Positions 25,331-37,275 of a stretch of DNA of 64,000 nt are shown one piece after another (position 1 is the first letter of the stretch; each line of letters starts with the position of its first letter). A model generated the notes under the pieces. That model was given only the letters and a program-made list of their open reading frames with translations, was not told the DNA's origin and made no database searches. This DNA is from Octopus vulgaris (taxonomy: Eukaryota): assembly GCA_951406725.2 (NCBI GenBank), contig OX597838.1, positions 4,216,001-4,280,000 on the forward strand. The letters run 5' to 3'. A program made the translations under genes and the position numbers.

Positions 25331-25384
25331 CTACCTTGGATATCCTTGTTGCTTATTTTGCTTATATATATATATACACATACA

Positions 25385-25605
25385 TACATGCAATCCATCG
25401 TTGGTCTCGAAAGACCATGGATCTGTACCTGGAGGATTTTGTGTCAGCTACTGATGGTGGTGCAGCCTTTGCTATGGCTGCACAGGCCCCACATGAGAGT
25501 GGCAGTCCTGCATGCAGTGGCTGCATTTGAAGAAGCTCTCCACCGGCGTTACTGACCTTTCCTTTTCTTTCCTTCCTTCAGCAGCAAGTTTCAGTTTATC
25601 TTCCT
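25385..25605 (-). mobile_element. RTE LINE 3' end fragment
   Basis: Minus strand encodes FFKCSHCMQDCHSHVGLCSHSKGC, the RTE C-terminal zinc knuckle, then a ggtctttcgagacc hairpin tail. Confidence 0.65.
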
Positions 25606-26139
25606 TTCACTCCATGTGTATATATGAGAGAGAGAGAGAGGTCATTGCCAGTTCCACCTGACTGACCCCTGTGCCGTGGTACGTAAAAGGGCACCATTCG
25701 AGCATGATCGTTACCAACGTCGCCTTACTGGCACCTGTGCCAGTGGCATGCATAAAAAGATTCGAGCGAGGTCGTTGCCAGTACCTCCTGACTGGCCCCC
25801 GTGCCAGTGGCATGTAAAAGGCACCCACTCCACTCTCGGAGTGGTTGGCATTAGGAAGGGCATCCAGCTGTAGAAACTTTGCTAGATCAGATCGGAGCCT
25901 GGTGCAACCATCTGGCTCACCAGTGCCCAGTCAAACCATCCTACCCAGGCCAGCGTGGAAAGCGGATGTTAAACGATGATGATGAGAGAGAGAGAGGGAG
26001 AAAGTGAGAGTTGAATGAAGGCTAAAAAGGGAAACTTTGAAGTCCCTGTCACTCTACAAAAAAATGTATGGAGTAATTCTTCAGTTTAAGGTTAAATTAC
26101 TTTAATTATAACTTGACATAAAAGCAAACACACACACAC

Positions 26140-26830
26140 ACACACATTGACTTGGAGAAGGTCATTAATGGAATGTTATACTCTGTAATCTGGTAGTTGC
26201 TAAGGAAACCAGGTGTAGACAAATGGCATGTGAGGACTGTAGAAACCCTGTCAAAAGGTGCAGTAATAAAAGCCAGAGTCAACAATGAATTTGGTGTGCA
26301 GGTTTAGTTCTCACCCCTTTCCTATTCAATATAATCCCAAAGATTATAACAAAGGAATCTGGTGGACGTGCAGGTAGGGGTTCGTCAAGGTTTGTTTCTC
26401 ACCCCTCTCCCATTGTAATCCTAAAGATTACCACAAAGGAATTTGAAACCTGCTATTTAGCAAGGAGTTTGATGTCAGGTAGGGGGTTTATCAGGGCATG
26501 ATTCTCACCCTTCTCCTATTCATTATAGTCCTAAAGATCATCACATGGGAGCTTAAGACCTACTGTTCGCGGGAACTGTCATAAACTGGTGATCTAATTA
26601 CCATACTGAAACCAGAGAGGAAATTCCGGGCATGAAAGCAAAAGCTAGCATGGAGAGGTTTTCAGGTAAACTTAGCAAAGACAGATGCGTTTGTAAGTAG
26701 GAATGAAAACAGGACCCCTGAATTGTCAGTGAAATATCCTTGCTTAATATGCAGAAAAGGTGTAAGATATAAACTCTAAATGCTGCACTCAATATAAACT
26801 ATGAAGACACAAGAACTGCAGTGGAATCAC
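26140..26830 (+). mobile_element. Degraded LINE reverse transcriptase fragment with internal triplication
   Basis: QVGVRQG..L.PL.F motif (RT domain GVRQG.VLSP.LF) repeated about 3 times at ~95-105 nt spacing, followed by ELS..GDL (YADDL remnant). Confidence 0.6.
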
Positions 26831-26949
26831 AGGTTAACAGGGGAGGCCAGCTTTGTGACATATCAGAAATTTATATATGCCTGTGGGTTTATTTATATGT
26901 GTTTGTATGTGTTTGTGTGTTTATGTATGTGTGTATGTATGTGTGTTTA

Positions 26950-27205
26950 TGTGAAAGGTAAGAGAGTCCAGTTTGCTGGACATTGTTGTAGTGCTGAAAA
27001 AGAGGTAATTTCTACTCTTTTCCTCTGGAAGCCATCTACTCGCAATACCAGAGGGCGCACCACTCTCCTACCCTGGTGTAATCTCCAGGGATACAGGCAT
27101 CCAGCAACAGGACCTCCGTAATGCCATGATGGACCATGAAGTCTGGCGTAGCATGGTAAATTCCATTGTCTCGACCACGGTCGAACAATGATGATGATGA
27201 TGATG
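26950..27205 (+). mobile_element. RTE-clade LINE 3' fragment (family shared with 47918 and 54550)
   Basis: KGKRVQFAGHCC.AEKEVISTL.LWKPS...AMMDHEVWRSMVNSIVSTTVEQ* plus (GAT)n tail. Confidence 0.8.
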
Positions 27206-27499
27206 TGTTTATGTATGTGTGTGTGTGTTTATATATGTATGTATGTGTCTGTGTGCATGTAAATGTATAATGTACCATATTTTAACACGTATAAGGAACC
27301 CTTTTTTTGTCAAAAATTAGGTTAAAAAAATATGGGAGTTTCTTATACATGGATAGTATTATAATCCCTTACAAAACCTTTTTTCCAAATTTTAAGCCCC
27401 CTCTCCCCAAATTAGGGGGTTCCTGATACACGTTAAAATACAGTAAATCTGAATGTACGTATGTGGATTCATGTATATATGTATTTGTGTGTGTGTGTA

Positions 27500-27804
27500 T
27501 ATCACGTGACCGACCAGGCCATCAGATGTTGCTACACATCGCTGGTCACAATGCGCTTTGCATTGTTTTAACCTTCAAATGACGCCACCCCACTGGCTAA
27601 GTGAGCAGGCCAACAGAAGAAAGAGTGAGAGAAAGTTGTGGCGAAAGAGTACAGCAGGGATCGCCACCACTCCCTGCCGGAGCCTCGTGGAGCTTTTAGG
27701 TGTTTTCGCTCAATAAACACTCACAATGCCCGGTCTGGGAATTGAAACTGCGATCCTATGATCATGAGTCCACTGCCCTAACCACTGGGCCATTGTGCCT
27801 CCAC
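27500..27804 (-). mobile_element. tRNA-derived SINE (distinct family), about 120 nt upstream of the STOX terminal exon
   Basis: Minus strand tggaggcacaatggcccagtggttagggcagtggactc...gtttcaattccc tRNA-like head followed by a non-tRNA body. Confidence 0.8.
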
Positions 27805-27923
27805 GTGTATGTATATACGTATATGTGTGTGTGTGTGTGTGTGTGTGTTTGTGTGTATAGTCTGAGCTGCTGAAGCTGTTCTCGTTTCCTCCCTCCTCAT
27901 TCTCTGTTTCTCTTTCGTTTCAG

Positions 27924-29563
27924 GTGAGAAAACCACGTTATTCAGTAAACTGTTTGGCCGTTACAAGAAGAAAGCATCCCCGAACAAAGAAGTGGAATAT
28001 GCCACGTTCTCTGCACAGTTTCCTCCCCCTGAATGGCAATGGTACCAACAACAACTGGAGAAACAACGCAGGACTGAAGAATGGATTAGTGACCAACAAG
28101 TGACCAAATCTAATACCTGGCATTATCTCTACACTGTACAGGACACCAATGTCGTCGGCAAGAGTGGTTTGGCAACTGGGCCGACAAGTTCAAAGCTAAA
28201 ATCAGCGACTGTTCCCCCAATTGTCACATTGCCTCCCTACAGTTGCGAACCCATGTGTTCGGAACAAGCTAGTCCTAAAGAAACGGCCCATTACAATTCC
28301 AAACTTGGTAAGGAACAGGAGCTTCAAGCCAACGTGAATCGCTGGTCAGTTGTGGTCGATGAACCAAATAGCTTTGAGAAGCAACCACCAGATGGCACTA
28401 AGCACCACTCGCAACAGTCTCCCTGCTATGAAGGATTGGCCAATGAAGCGTCGTCGAAGCATCGCAGCAACCAGCATCACAAATGTCCACGTAAATCTAC
28501 CTCAAAGACATCTTCACTGAGAACGAATAATGCTGCCTGTGAACACGGCCATGATGCAGCACAGCAGAAAATCAGCAAGCAGCGGAAGAGACTGGAACGT
28601 TACAGCTACTGCGAGGATTACTATGGCAACGATATCAGCATTGAATACAAGGGCAAACTGCCGAATAAATATTCAATGTATGCTTATTCACGAGACAGTG
28701 GAGTGAACTGCATCGGTCTGAGTTCTGGTTTTGCCGAAGACATGAAAGTGGATTTATCACAGACAACGCATTCTAAGCAGGAAATTGAACCTAGCCGTAT
28801 CTCAAAGAAAGTTCACAGAGCGTATAAAAAACGGTCAGGCATGAAACACCATCGACATCATTCCAGGAAGAATGTCCGCAGCAATCTATATGACAGCAAC
28901 GAAAATTGTGCCGTCGACATACCAACCGCGACCATCGCAGAGGAATTTCCTGAAACCTGCAGCTACTTGGACTCAAGCCAGTTGTTTGACAACAGTTATC
29001 ACCATCATCATCATCATCACCATCACCACAACAGCTTAACAGGCAGTGGTCGAGATAGTACGGAGACTGGACAGAAGTTGGCTGCAGGGGAGAGCAGCGA
29101 GCAGAGTTTCAATACAGTCATACCAAACTCTGGGACACATCACGATTGTCCCATGGAAAACCTGGTACACGAGACTCGGGAGTTGAACCTCAGAGACAAT
29201 AATCACAGCTTGTGTACACGTAGCCACCATGCGGCTGTCCCACTGGACACTGGTCAACACAGACGGCAGAAAAAGAGACACAGCATGCATGTATCTTCCA
29301 ATCGTTCTGCCTCAGCTGAGAACGCACGTGACAGCTGGCAACTGGGCCCAGGGGACACTCTTGACCCTCACATCTTAAACAATCAACAAATTGCATGTCA
29401 CAAACCCGACACCACCCACAGCAACAACTCACGACCCCGGTCCTACGTCGCTCGTTCATCTCAACTGAATTCAAACAAAGATCTCACTGCAGATGGGAAC
29501 ACTCGCCAGTCCAGTTCAAGGGGTCACTTTGATGATGACTTCCAAGTGGTCGGTGTTGTATGA
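27924..29563 (+). CDS. STOX: STOX-like gene, long terminal coding exon
   Basis: Polypyrimidine tract, then tttcAG|GTGAGAAAACC, in frame with the 523-aa ORF. Contains LFSKLF and the STOX-conserved TFSAQFPPPEW motif and a His10 tract. Ends DFQVVGVV-TGA. Confidence 0.9.
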
Positions 29564-29683
29564 GACCTCATGTAGCGTGTGTCCTATATATATTATGGTG
29601 GGGTCAATTGCACTTTTGCTAGACATGGCAACACCAGGACAGCTGCAATGCGAATTGTGCAGACATTGTAGGTGCAGTTTCTG

Positions 29684-29689
29684 AATAAA
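29684..29689 (+). terminator. Candidate proximal polyadenylation signal of STOX
   Basis: AATAAA about 120 nt after the stop. More distal signals also exist (e.g. ~32059), so usage is unknown. Confidence 0.3.
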
Positions 29690-29849
29690 TTAGTTGTTAT
29701 AGAAACAAAACTCATACCCCCCCCAACTCCCTATTTGTCTTGTCATCTTGTTGCTGTGTGTATCTCTCTCTATCTATCTATCTGTCATATATATATATAC
29801 ATACAAGTAAAAAGTAATAGAGTCAAAAGGACGGTTAGGCAGCTTTTTA

Positions 29850-29971
29850 ATCGCTACAAATGTTTCCATACATACAGATCCTCGTATATAAAGGATTTAA
29901 AGTTAAGTTTAAATTAAATTATTTAACGATTTACCTGTATACGAAGATCTCTATGTATCTCCTCAGGTGAT
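29850..29971 (-). ncRNA. Type-I hammerhead-like motif with very long helix II, antisense to the STOX 3' region
   Basis: Minus: atcac-CTGAGGA-g-atacatagagatcttcgtata...tatacgaggatctgtatgtat-g-GAAAC-attt-GTA-gcgat. Confidence 0.55.
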
Positions 29972-31409
29972 ACTCAGTTGCTGTCTCCGTAAGCAAATCT
30001 AGATTTCCATACTACAACACCCATGGCTTCTTCAAAGTGTGAATGAGCTCTATTTGTACTCTTATACATTCTTAACAGAACCTCATCTCAACTATATATA
30101 TATATATATTAAGGCGACGAGCTGGCAGAAACGTTATCGCGTCGGGCGAAACGCTTAGCGGTATTTCGTCTGTCGTTACATTCTGAGTTCAAATTACGCC
30201 GAGGTCGACTTTGCCTTTCATGGTCGATAAATAAAGTACTAGTTGCGTACTGGGGTCGATGTCATCGACTTAATCCCTTTGTCTGTCCTTGTTTGTCCCC
30301 TCTATGTTTAGCCCCTTGTGGGTAGGGAAGAAATATATATATATAACTTTTTAGGCGAGAGATAGGACTTACCATATTCATTTAATGATATAGAGTAAAT
30401 ATATGTAGACATATATATATATATATGCATATGTATGTATGTATATACATGTCTAAAAAGTAAGTGGAATCTTGCTAATGTGTATATATATATATACATA
30501 CACACACACACAAATATTTACATTTACACACAGCTGCATAATCGAATGTGTTTATATGAAAGACATAAAAATAATTGTTTTACAACCCCACCTCACTCAT
30601 ATGTATATATATATGTGTTTATATGGAAATCTCCAGTGAATATTTTATATCCGAAATTTAAAAGTTTATGAAATGAAATTCAATGTAAAAGAAAAAAAAA
30701 AAAGACGCTTCCTGAGAGATGTTTCAACTGTGTGTTCGTGTGTCCCCCCCACCCTCCGATCCAATTTTCAATCTGCCATTTATTTTTCATATCGTGCAAT
30801 CCCACCCCATTACTAAACAGACTGACAACACCACCCCCTTTTAATCTCCCCCTCCTTTAACAAACTAAAACCTCCACTTCATCGCTGTTAGATCCATCCA
30901 TCCATCCAAATTGCTTCCTCGCTTCATGTCTCTTCTACCACAGTGGACCTTACTGCTAAGACTACTACAACTATCAGACTGTGTGAACTACATCCACTCC
31001 CCACCCATCACCTGCCGCTGCTTCAATCAACCATTTCAGAGATAAAAGCAAGTTTCTAGATTGTTCTGCTTGGGTCCAAAATCTTTTTTTTTTCTTCTTT
31101 TCTTTCCATTTTACTTTCGTTTAATGTTTTTTTTTTTTATTAAGTTATTTTGACGTCGTCTATTTTTTCCAGGTGATTCTCAGGTGAAGAGCAGGTCGGA
31201 TCATTAGCACATTGGATGAAATGCTGAGTGGCATTTCCTCCATCTTTATGTTCTGAGTTCAAATTCCGTCAAGGTCACCTTGGCCTTTCATCCTTTTAGG
31301 GGTCGATAAATTAAATACCAGTTCAGGCAACTTGCTGAAGGTAGTAACATGGACACAGTTTCCCCTTAATAAGGAATAATTTGGAATACCTGGGTAGCTT
31401 AGTTTTTAA

Positions 31410-31922
31410 ACCAGCAGCATCCCTCTGTATTGGGGGTGCATGCCCCTCTGGGTGGAGCGTGGTAATATTTTGGTGGGTCACCTTTTGTACACAATACCAA
31501 TAAGAGAAAGGGAGCAATTCGAAAATGAGTTAAGGAAAAAAAAAATATTCTTTACACCCCTTCAGTGAACAATTTTATCAAATTTGACACTTTAGAGACA
31601 TCAGATCTTTACAACAAATCTGACCAACTAATAAAAGATTTGATGTCTCTAAAGTGTCAAATTTGATAAATGTTCACTGAAGGAGGATATAAAGAATATT
31701 TTGATTTAGTGGTATATGAAAACATGCAGGTAATTTAATTACCAACACATATTGTGTGTTATTCCTACACATTTTTTACACCCGTTGCACTATTTTTTTT
31801 TTTTGCTTCCAGGTAATGTTGTAATCCAAATTTTGAATAACAAAAATTAAATATCAGAAGGGGGCATCAGGATTTTAGAAATGATTTGGTGGGGCATGGC
31901 CAAAACTCAGTTGGGAACCACT
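31410..31922. mobile_element. hAT (Charlie-like) non-autonomous element containing a long internal palindrome
   Basis: Right end gttgggaaccact (reverse complement agtggttcccaac, Charlie-type TIR) with ggggcat/atgcccc subterminal motifs. Left end degenerate. Confidence 0.5.
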
Positions 31923-34900
31923 TGCTCTCCCTATATTGAAATTATCATCTTGTACAACTTGTGATTTTCATTATTACAGAATATCAATTTAATCTTTACT
32001 CCCAATGTGTGAAACAAACGGCTGACCAAAAGCCCGAAAACAAACCTGCATGCTTTGGAATAAACTTACAAAAAGGACTCTGGACAAGTAAAGGGTTAAA
32101 AGTTTTATTCAATTCTATCAATTAATTTTATTGATCTCTGATTATTGAATAGTTAATTTACCCTTTGATGTAAAAGGACACCACTTGATGCAGTTTCCAT
32201 ATTGTATTTGCTTGGCTGTGGTCAACCCAAAGCTGCAGTGGAAAACACTTGCCCAAACTGTTCAGAAGTGGGATTGAACCAGGAACCAGGTGGTTTACTC
32301 AGCAAACTTGACCATGAGATGCTAGTCTTTTTTTTTTTTTTTTTTTTCAATCAATAGAATTTACTTTTCGGTTACTTAAGGTATTTAATACCTTCCATAT
32401 AACTCCCCGTTTCTTTGATGTCCTTCATCGTAATACAATCATACATGAAAATTCCAACATGTTTTACATAAGATATTCTTTCTAATTTTGGCATAAAACC
32501 TGCAATTTAAAGGTGAGAAAAGGGGGCAAGTCTGACTGGTACTTCATTTTATTAACCCCGAAAGGATGAAAAGCAATGCTGACCCTAGAAGGATTTGAAA
32601 TTGAGTTTTGTTTATAAAACATATCCCAAACACCAGCTTCATAATCTTCCGAAGTACTTGACTATTTTGGAGAAAATTAACTGAACACAGGGGTATTTTG
32701 TTAGTAACAAGGCTGTGAAAGGGTTAATCTGTTCAGGAAGATTAAATTAAATAATTCAGAAACTACAAATACCCTTCCTTGTTAATTTGTATCCGTTCTT
32801 CCAATACTGGCAGAGGTTGAACAAATCTCACAGCATTTCACCACAGGGTGTGGCCCTTTATTTCGCACCCAGAACTAGAGCTATCTTATCAGCTTTACAG
32901 CTCCTTCAACCCCAGGAAAATCAATGCACTGGGCCCTATGGTATCTTTTATTGACAACAAGCCACAACATACATAGATCAGAATTGGGGTTCCTGAGCAT
33001 CTGTCCAGGTTATCCATACCTCAAGAGGGTCCTGCACAGAATAATAGAAAAACCCAACAATCTATTTGATGTTGTTTCTATGTTTTTAAAGCTTTTTGAA
33101 AATGGTTGCTCCTCCCTTCACCATTCACTCAACAGCAAGCACTAGCTGTATTTTAGTGAGCTACTGGCACTAGAGACTAAAGGGATCTGCTCCAACCTTT
33201 AGCAGTATTTTTAGCCAGAGTTACATACAGTTCTTCTAAGCAAGTTGCCTGCAAAGTTCAGGCCTCCTCTGGTTGGTATATTCTTTTGAGGACCTTTTTT
33301 TTTTTCTTACAGTTGCATGCTTTTATCACAGTCATGAGCACACTGCAGCCTGTGGGGCTTTCTGAGTGATATGCCCAATGGAAAATGACCTCGACTTATG
33401 ATAGGACTAGTAATTTGTCATACTACAAAAGGGAGGTAGAGTACGTTGCCATGAGAACTGATAGAAGAAAGCAGGTTTGTATACTGGCACCATATAAAAG
33501 GCATCCATGCTGATGTCATGTAAAAGAGCACCTGTGCAACTGCCACATGAAAAAGCACCCAAGCTGGTGCCATGTAGTAGGCACCTGTGCTGGTGTTACA
33601 TAAAAAGCACCTATTACATTGTAAAGTGGATGATGTTAGGGAGGGCATCCAGCTGTAGAAACTTTGCCACAACAGACGACAGGTTATTCTCACAGCTGCT
33701 TCACTGATTCTCTCAATTTGCACACCTGACTAAATATTATCACGGTAAAATGATTTCAAATCCGACAGCATCTGATCTGAGTCTCTCCAGGTTGAGTAGT
33801 TACTTCTCTGCATTGAGAGGTCACAGACCCAGTACTACAGACATGTGATTAGAATGCAACAGGAAAGGATTAGAAATGGATTCTTCAAACCAAGCCAACT
33901 GGCAGGAGTCCTTGGGGTAGATCAAGAACATGATGGTGGGATAGTCTCTGTTGGTCAAGCTTGGGAATCCAGCCAAGTCTGACAATGGTTGTTTCTTGAC
34001 AGGACCCTGTGGAGGAGGCACCTGAGGATTCTTTCCCCCACGAATCCTCCCTGAAACAGTGGAAAGGGGAAGTGCATGGATGGATGGTTCAAAGGGTGGT
34101 TGGTATTAATAGCTAAGTTACAGGAAGAAGGCAAAAGCCAAACCTGCTTATACAGGGCCTTCGAGAGTAGTGACGAAGAGTATGTGGAAGAAACAGCAGA
34201 CAGGAGGCCTAATTCAAATACTTAAAAACAGTTAAATACACTCATGACAAGAACAGACTTCATGATTGCCTTCTCCATCACCACCACCACCCTAATAATC
34301 TTTCATAGACTGACTCATTGATGGAGGTGGTGTTGAACTAGGCTGCAGAATGTATGAATTGTAATCAATTAGTGACCACCACTCATGAGCGGTGCCAACA
34401 TGAACAATTATTACTACCACTGTAACTTGGTTCAATTCCCACAAGCAGTCTGGCATTGCCCTTCACCTTCTGTGGTCAACAAAACGAGCACCAGTCACTC
34501 AATCGTCACAATATCAACCAGACTGTCGGATGTAGTTACACACTGCTGGTCACAATGCGTTTCTTTGCATTGTGGTAGAATGATGGTGGACAGGTTATCT
34601 TTCCCTCTGAAGAGAATGTTGGCCATCACAAGGTGACCTGTTTGCAGCCGAGTGGACTGCAGCAATGTGAAATGGAGTGTTTTTTCTCAAGAACACAGCA
34701 CAACACCTGGTCCAGGAATTGAAACTATAATCTCGGGACTGTGAGTGCAACATCCTGACCACTAAGCCACACATTTGCACACCATTCAATCATACTTGAC
34801 TTTGAATTTCTAGGCCTGAGTTGATGTGAAAAATTTGCTGGTAGAATGCCTTGTGTTATTACTTCGGGATCTTTGTGTTGTGAGTGCAGACCCAACCAAA

Positions 34901-35251
34901 GCCAACATTGCCTTCAAGGTTAATAAAATAAAGTACCAGCAAAGTACAGGGATCGATATAATCACCTCCCTTCGAAATTACTGACGAGGTCCCAAAATTG
35001 GAAATTAGGGGAAAAAAAAAAAAAAGGATGAGAGCACAGGGAAGATGCCACGGGGCATTTAGTTCAAGGCTTGCCAAAGTCAACAGCTTAAAGTACCAAA
35101 ATAAAGTGTTGGGGGTTAATGTAATCAACTACCCTGCCCCCACTCCCTCACAAAATTGCAGGTCTTGTGCCAGAATTATAAACATAAAAAAAACCCAAAA
35201 AAACCTACACACAGACCCCCCCCCCCCAATAAAATGCAGTACCAGTGAATG

Positions 35252-35389
35252 CTACGGTTTGGAGCATAAATCACAAGTATTATATAAGTCATCAATCCAT
35301 AGCTTTTTCATTTTTCTGTTGTTCACCCGCACGGCATGATCATAGATTTCAGCAGCGATATCGTCAGTTGGTTTGTCTGCGTTGATGAC
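35252..35389 (-). CDS. DTYMK: Thymidylate kinase exon 5 (terminal)
   Basis: tttcAG|GTCATCAACGCA...TAG; VINADKPTDDIAAEIYDHAVRVNNRKMKKLWIDDLYNTCDLCSKP*. The five exons sum to 675 nt = 224 aa plus stop. Confidence 0.93.
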   Translation of the reverse strand, partial: VINADKPTDDIAAEIYDHAVRVNNRKMKKLWIDDLYNTCDLCSKP

Positions 35390-35450
35390 CTGAAAAATAA
35401 ACAGCTCAAGAAGTTTAAACAAGCACTTTATCAACGGATTTTATGACAAA

Positions 35451-35877
35451 CTAGCAGCATAGCCCGGCGTTGCCCGGGTATGTAAGAGCCCCTAGTAGGT
35501 AACGACTAATCCCAATCTAGTTCTTTCCCTCTAGGGAACGAAGGCGCATGTGTAGGTTGCAATGTCTTCTCTTCACTCGAATACTTCTGTGTATACGATG
35601 TTCCTAGCTGTCTCCCGATTGCAAGTTGCGAAAACTACAACAGAAAATGTGTTGCATATAAAAAGCTTAGATTCTAGACCCCATGTCGAATTTATCGATT
35701 TTTTTCAGAACTGAGGGAACTTTTCAAAATTTTCGCTGCGTTAGTTTTGAATTATGACATTGGGCTATGTGTGTGTCAAGTTTCATCAGAATCGGTTGAA
35801 AGCCGTGGTCAGGGTGAGGGTACAACCTGACAGCCACACAGACAGACAAACTGCTGTTTATATATAGAGAGAAGAGA
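35451..35877 (-). mobile_element. Non-autonomous Helitron in DTYMK intron 4
   Basis: On minus: 5' TC start, 3' subterminal hairpin CCCGG-gcaacg-CCGGG, then CTAG end. Inserted between A and T with no TSD; all are Helitron hallmarks. Confidence 0.88.
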
Positions 35878-37086
35878 TTGCACCATTTTCAGTTAATTCT
35901 AAAAATAATTTTGAGGAATTTAGTAAAATATCATTTCCATCATTTAGTTATCATTTGTTTCAGCCATAACACTGAGACCCTGCTGGAGCACCACCGAGAC
36001 AAATTTTTTGTTGAATGAATTGATACCAGCACTTATTTATTTTCTAAGCTTGGTACTGACTCTATCAGTCTCCTTTGCCAAATTGCTAAGTTAGTCGAAT
36101 TAAAACACACCAACACATCATCATCATCGTTTAACGTCCATTTTCCATGCGGGCATGGATTGGACGGTTCTACTGGGGTCTGGGAAGCCAGGAGGCTGCA
36201 CCAGGCCCCAATCTGATCTGGCAGTGTTTCTACAACTGGATGCCCTTCCTAACGCCAACCACTCCGAGAGTGTAGTGGGTGCTTTTTATGTGCCACTGGC
36301 ACAGGGGCCAGAGGAGCTGGCATCGACCATGATCAGATGGTGCTTTTTATGTGCCACCGGCACACAAGCCAGTCAAAGCGGCACTGGCATATATTTATTG
36401 GGTTGGTTAGCATAGCTCTGGCCCTGGCATAGTTATTGGGTCATCCCATAAATAATGCAATTTTTTTATACTTTTACTTTTCAAAAATCTACTCTCTTTC
36501 ATTTTCTACAATACTCTTCCATCTGTCTGGCAGACTTGCAAGGCCCCTCTTCCAAAATTCACTCCTCCGGTACTGTTCTGACCTCGTCTACAGAATCCAT
36601 ATTTTTCCTGTCCAAATCCTTTTGAAGGCTGAGAAATAAATGTCTTCTGCTTCAGCCTCAGGCTGACCAAAGCCTTGTCAGTGGATTTGGTAGACAGAAA
36701 CCAAAAGAAGCCCGTCATATATATATATATATATATATATATGTTGGCATGGATTGGAGGGTTTGATGGGGCTGGTAAAGCCAAGGGTTGTACCAGACTC
36801 CATTGACTATTCTGGCATGGTTTCTACAGCTGGATGCCCTTCCTAATGCCAACCACTCTACAGAGTGTACTGGGTGCTTTTTACATGGAACCAACACCAA
36901 ATATCTCAGTCCTTAATCATCTCCTTCATAAGGGTTAGTGTCTTGAGATCAGCCTTCAACGCTAAAGTCTTGTCCTCTTCGTCTCCCTCTTCTACCGGTT
37001 CCATCAACTCTAAGTGATTGATACTTCTGTATACAACAGTCTCACACTCAAACACACACACACATAAAGAGAGAGAGGGGTGTTAC

Positions 37087-37275
37087 CTTCCAAGAACTAT
37101 CTTTTATTTTCAAAAATTGGTCACGAACTTTCTCCTGGAACTCAATCACTTCGTACCGTTCTTCACCGTAACCCGCTCGTCTGTTTGCTTTTAATGGACT
37201 CAAATCAAGAAAGAAGATACAATCTGGTTTGATGATGCCTCTATCAGGGGCCTTGCACCATAAAAGCGAAAGGGT
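37087..37275 (-). CDS. DTYMK: Thymidylate kinase exon 4
   Basis: ttgcAG|ACCCTT...TGGAAG|GTaaca, 189 nt. TLSLLWCKAPDRGIIKPDCIFFLDLSP...RAGYGEERYEVIEFQEKV (LID region). Confidence 0.95.

Noticed and set aside
27735-27804. tRNA gene
   Set aside because: The tRNA-like head continues into a SINE body, the acceptor stem is broken and there is no Pol III T-run. The same applies to the other SINE heads.
27992-29563. Stand-alone 523-aa gene starting at GTG
   Set aside because: It is the terminal exon of STOX; the open frame extends to the acceptor at 27924.
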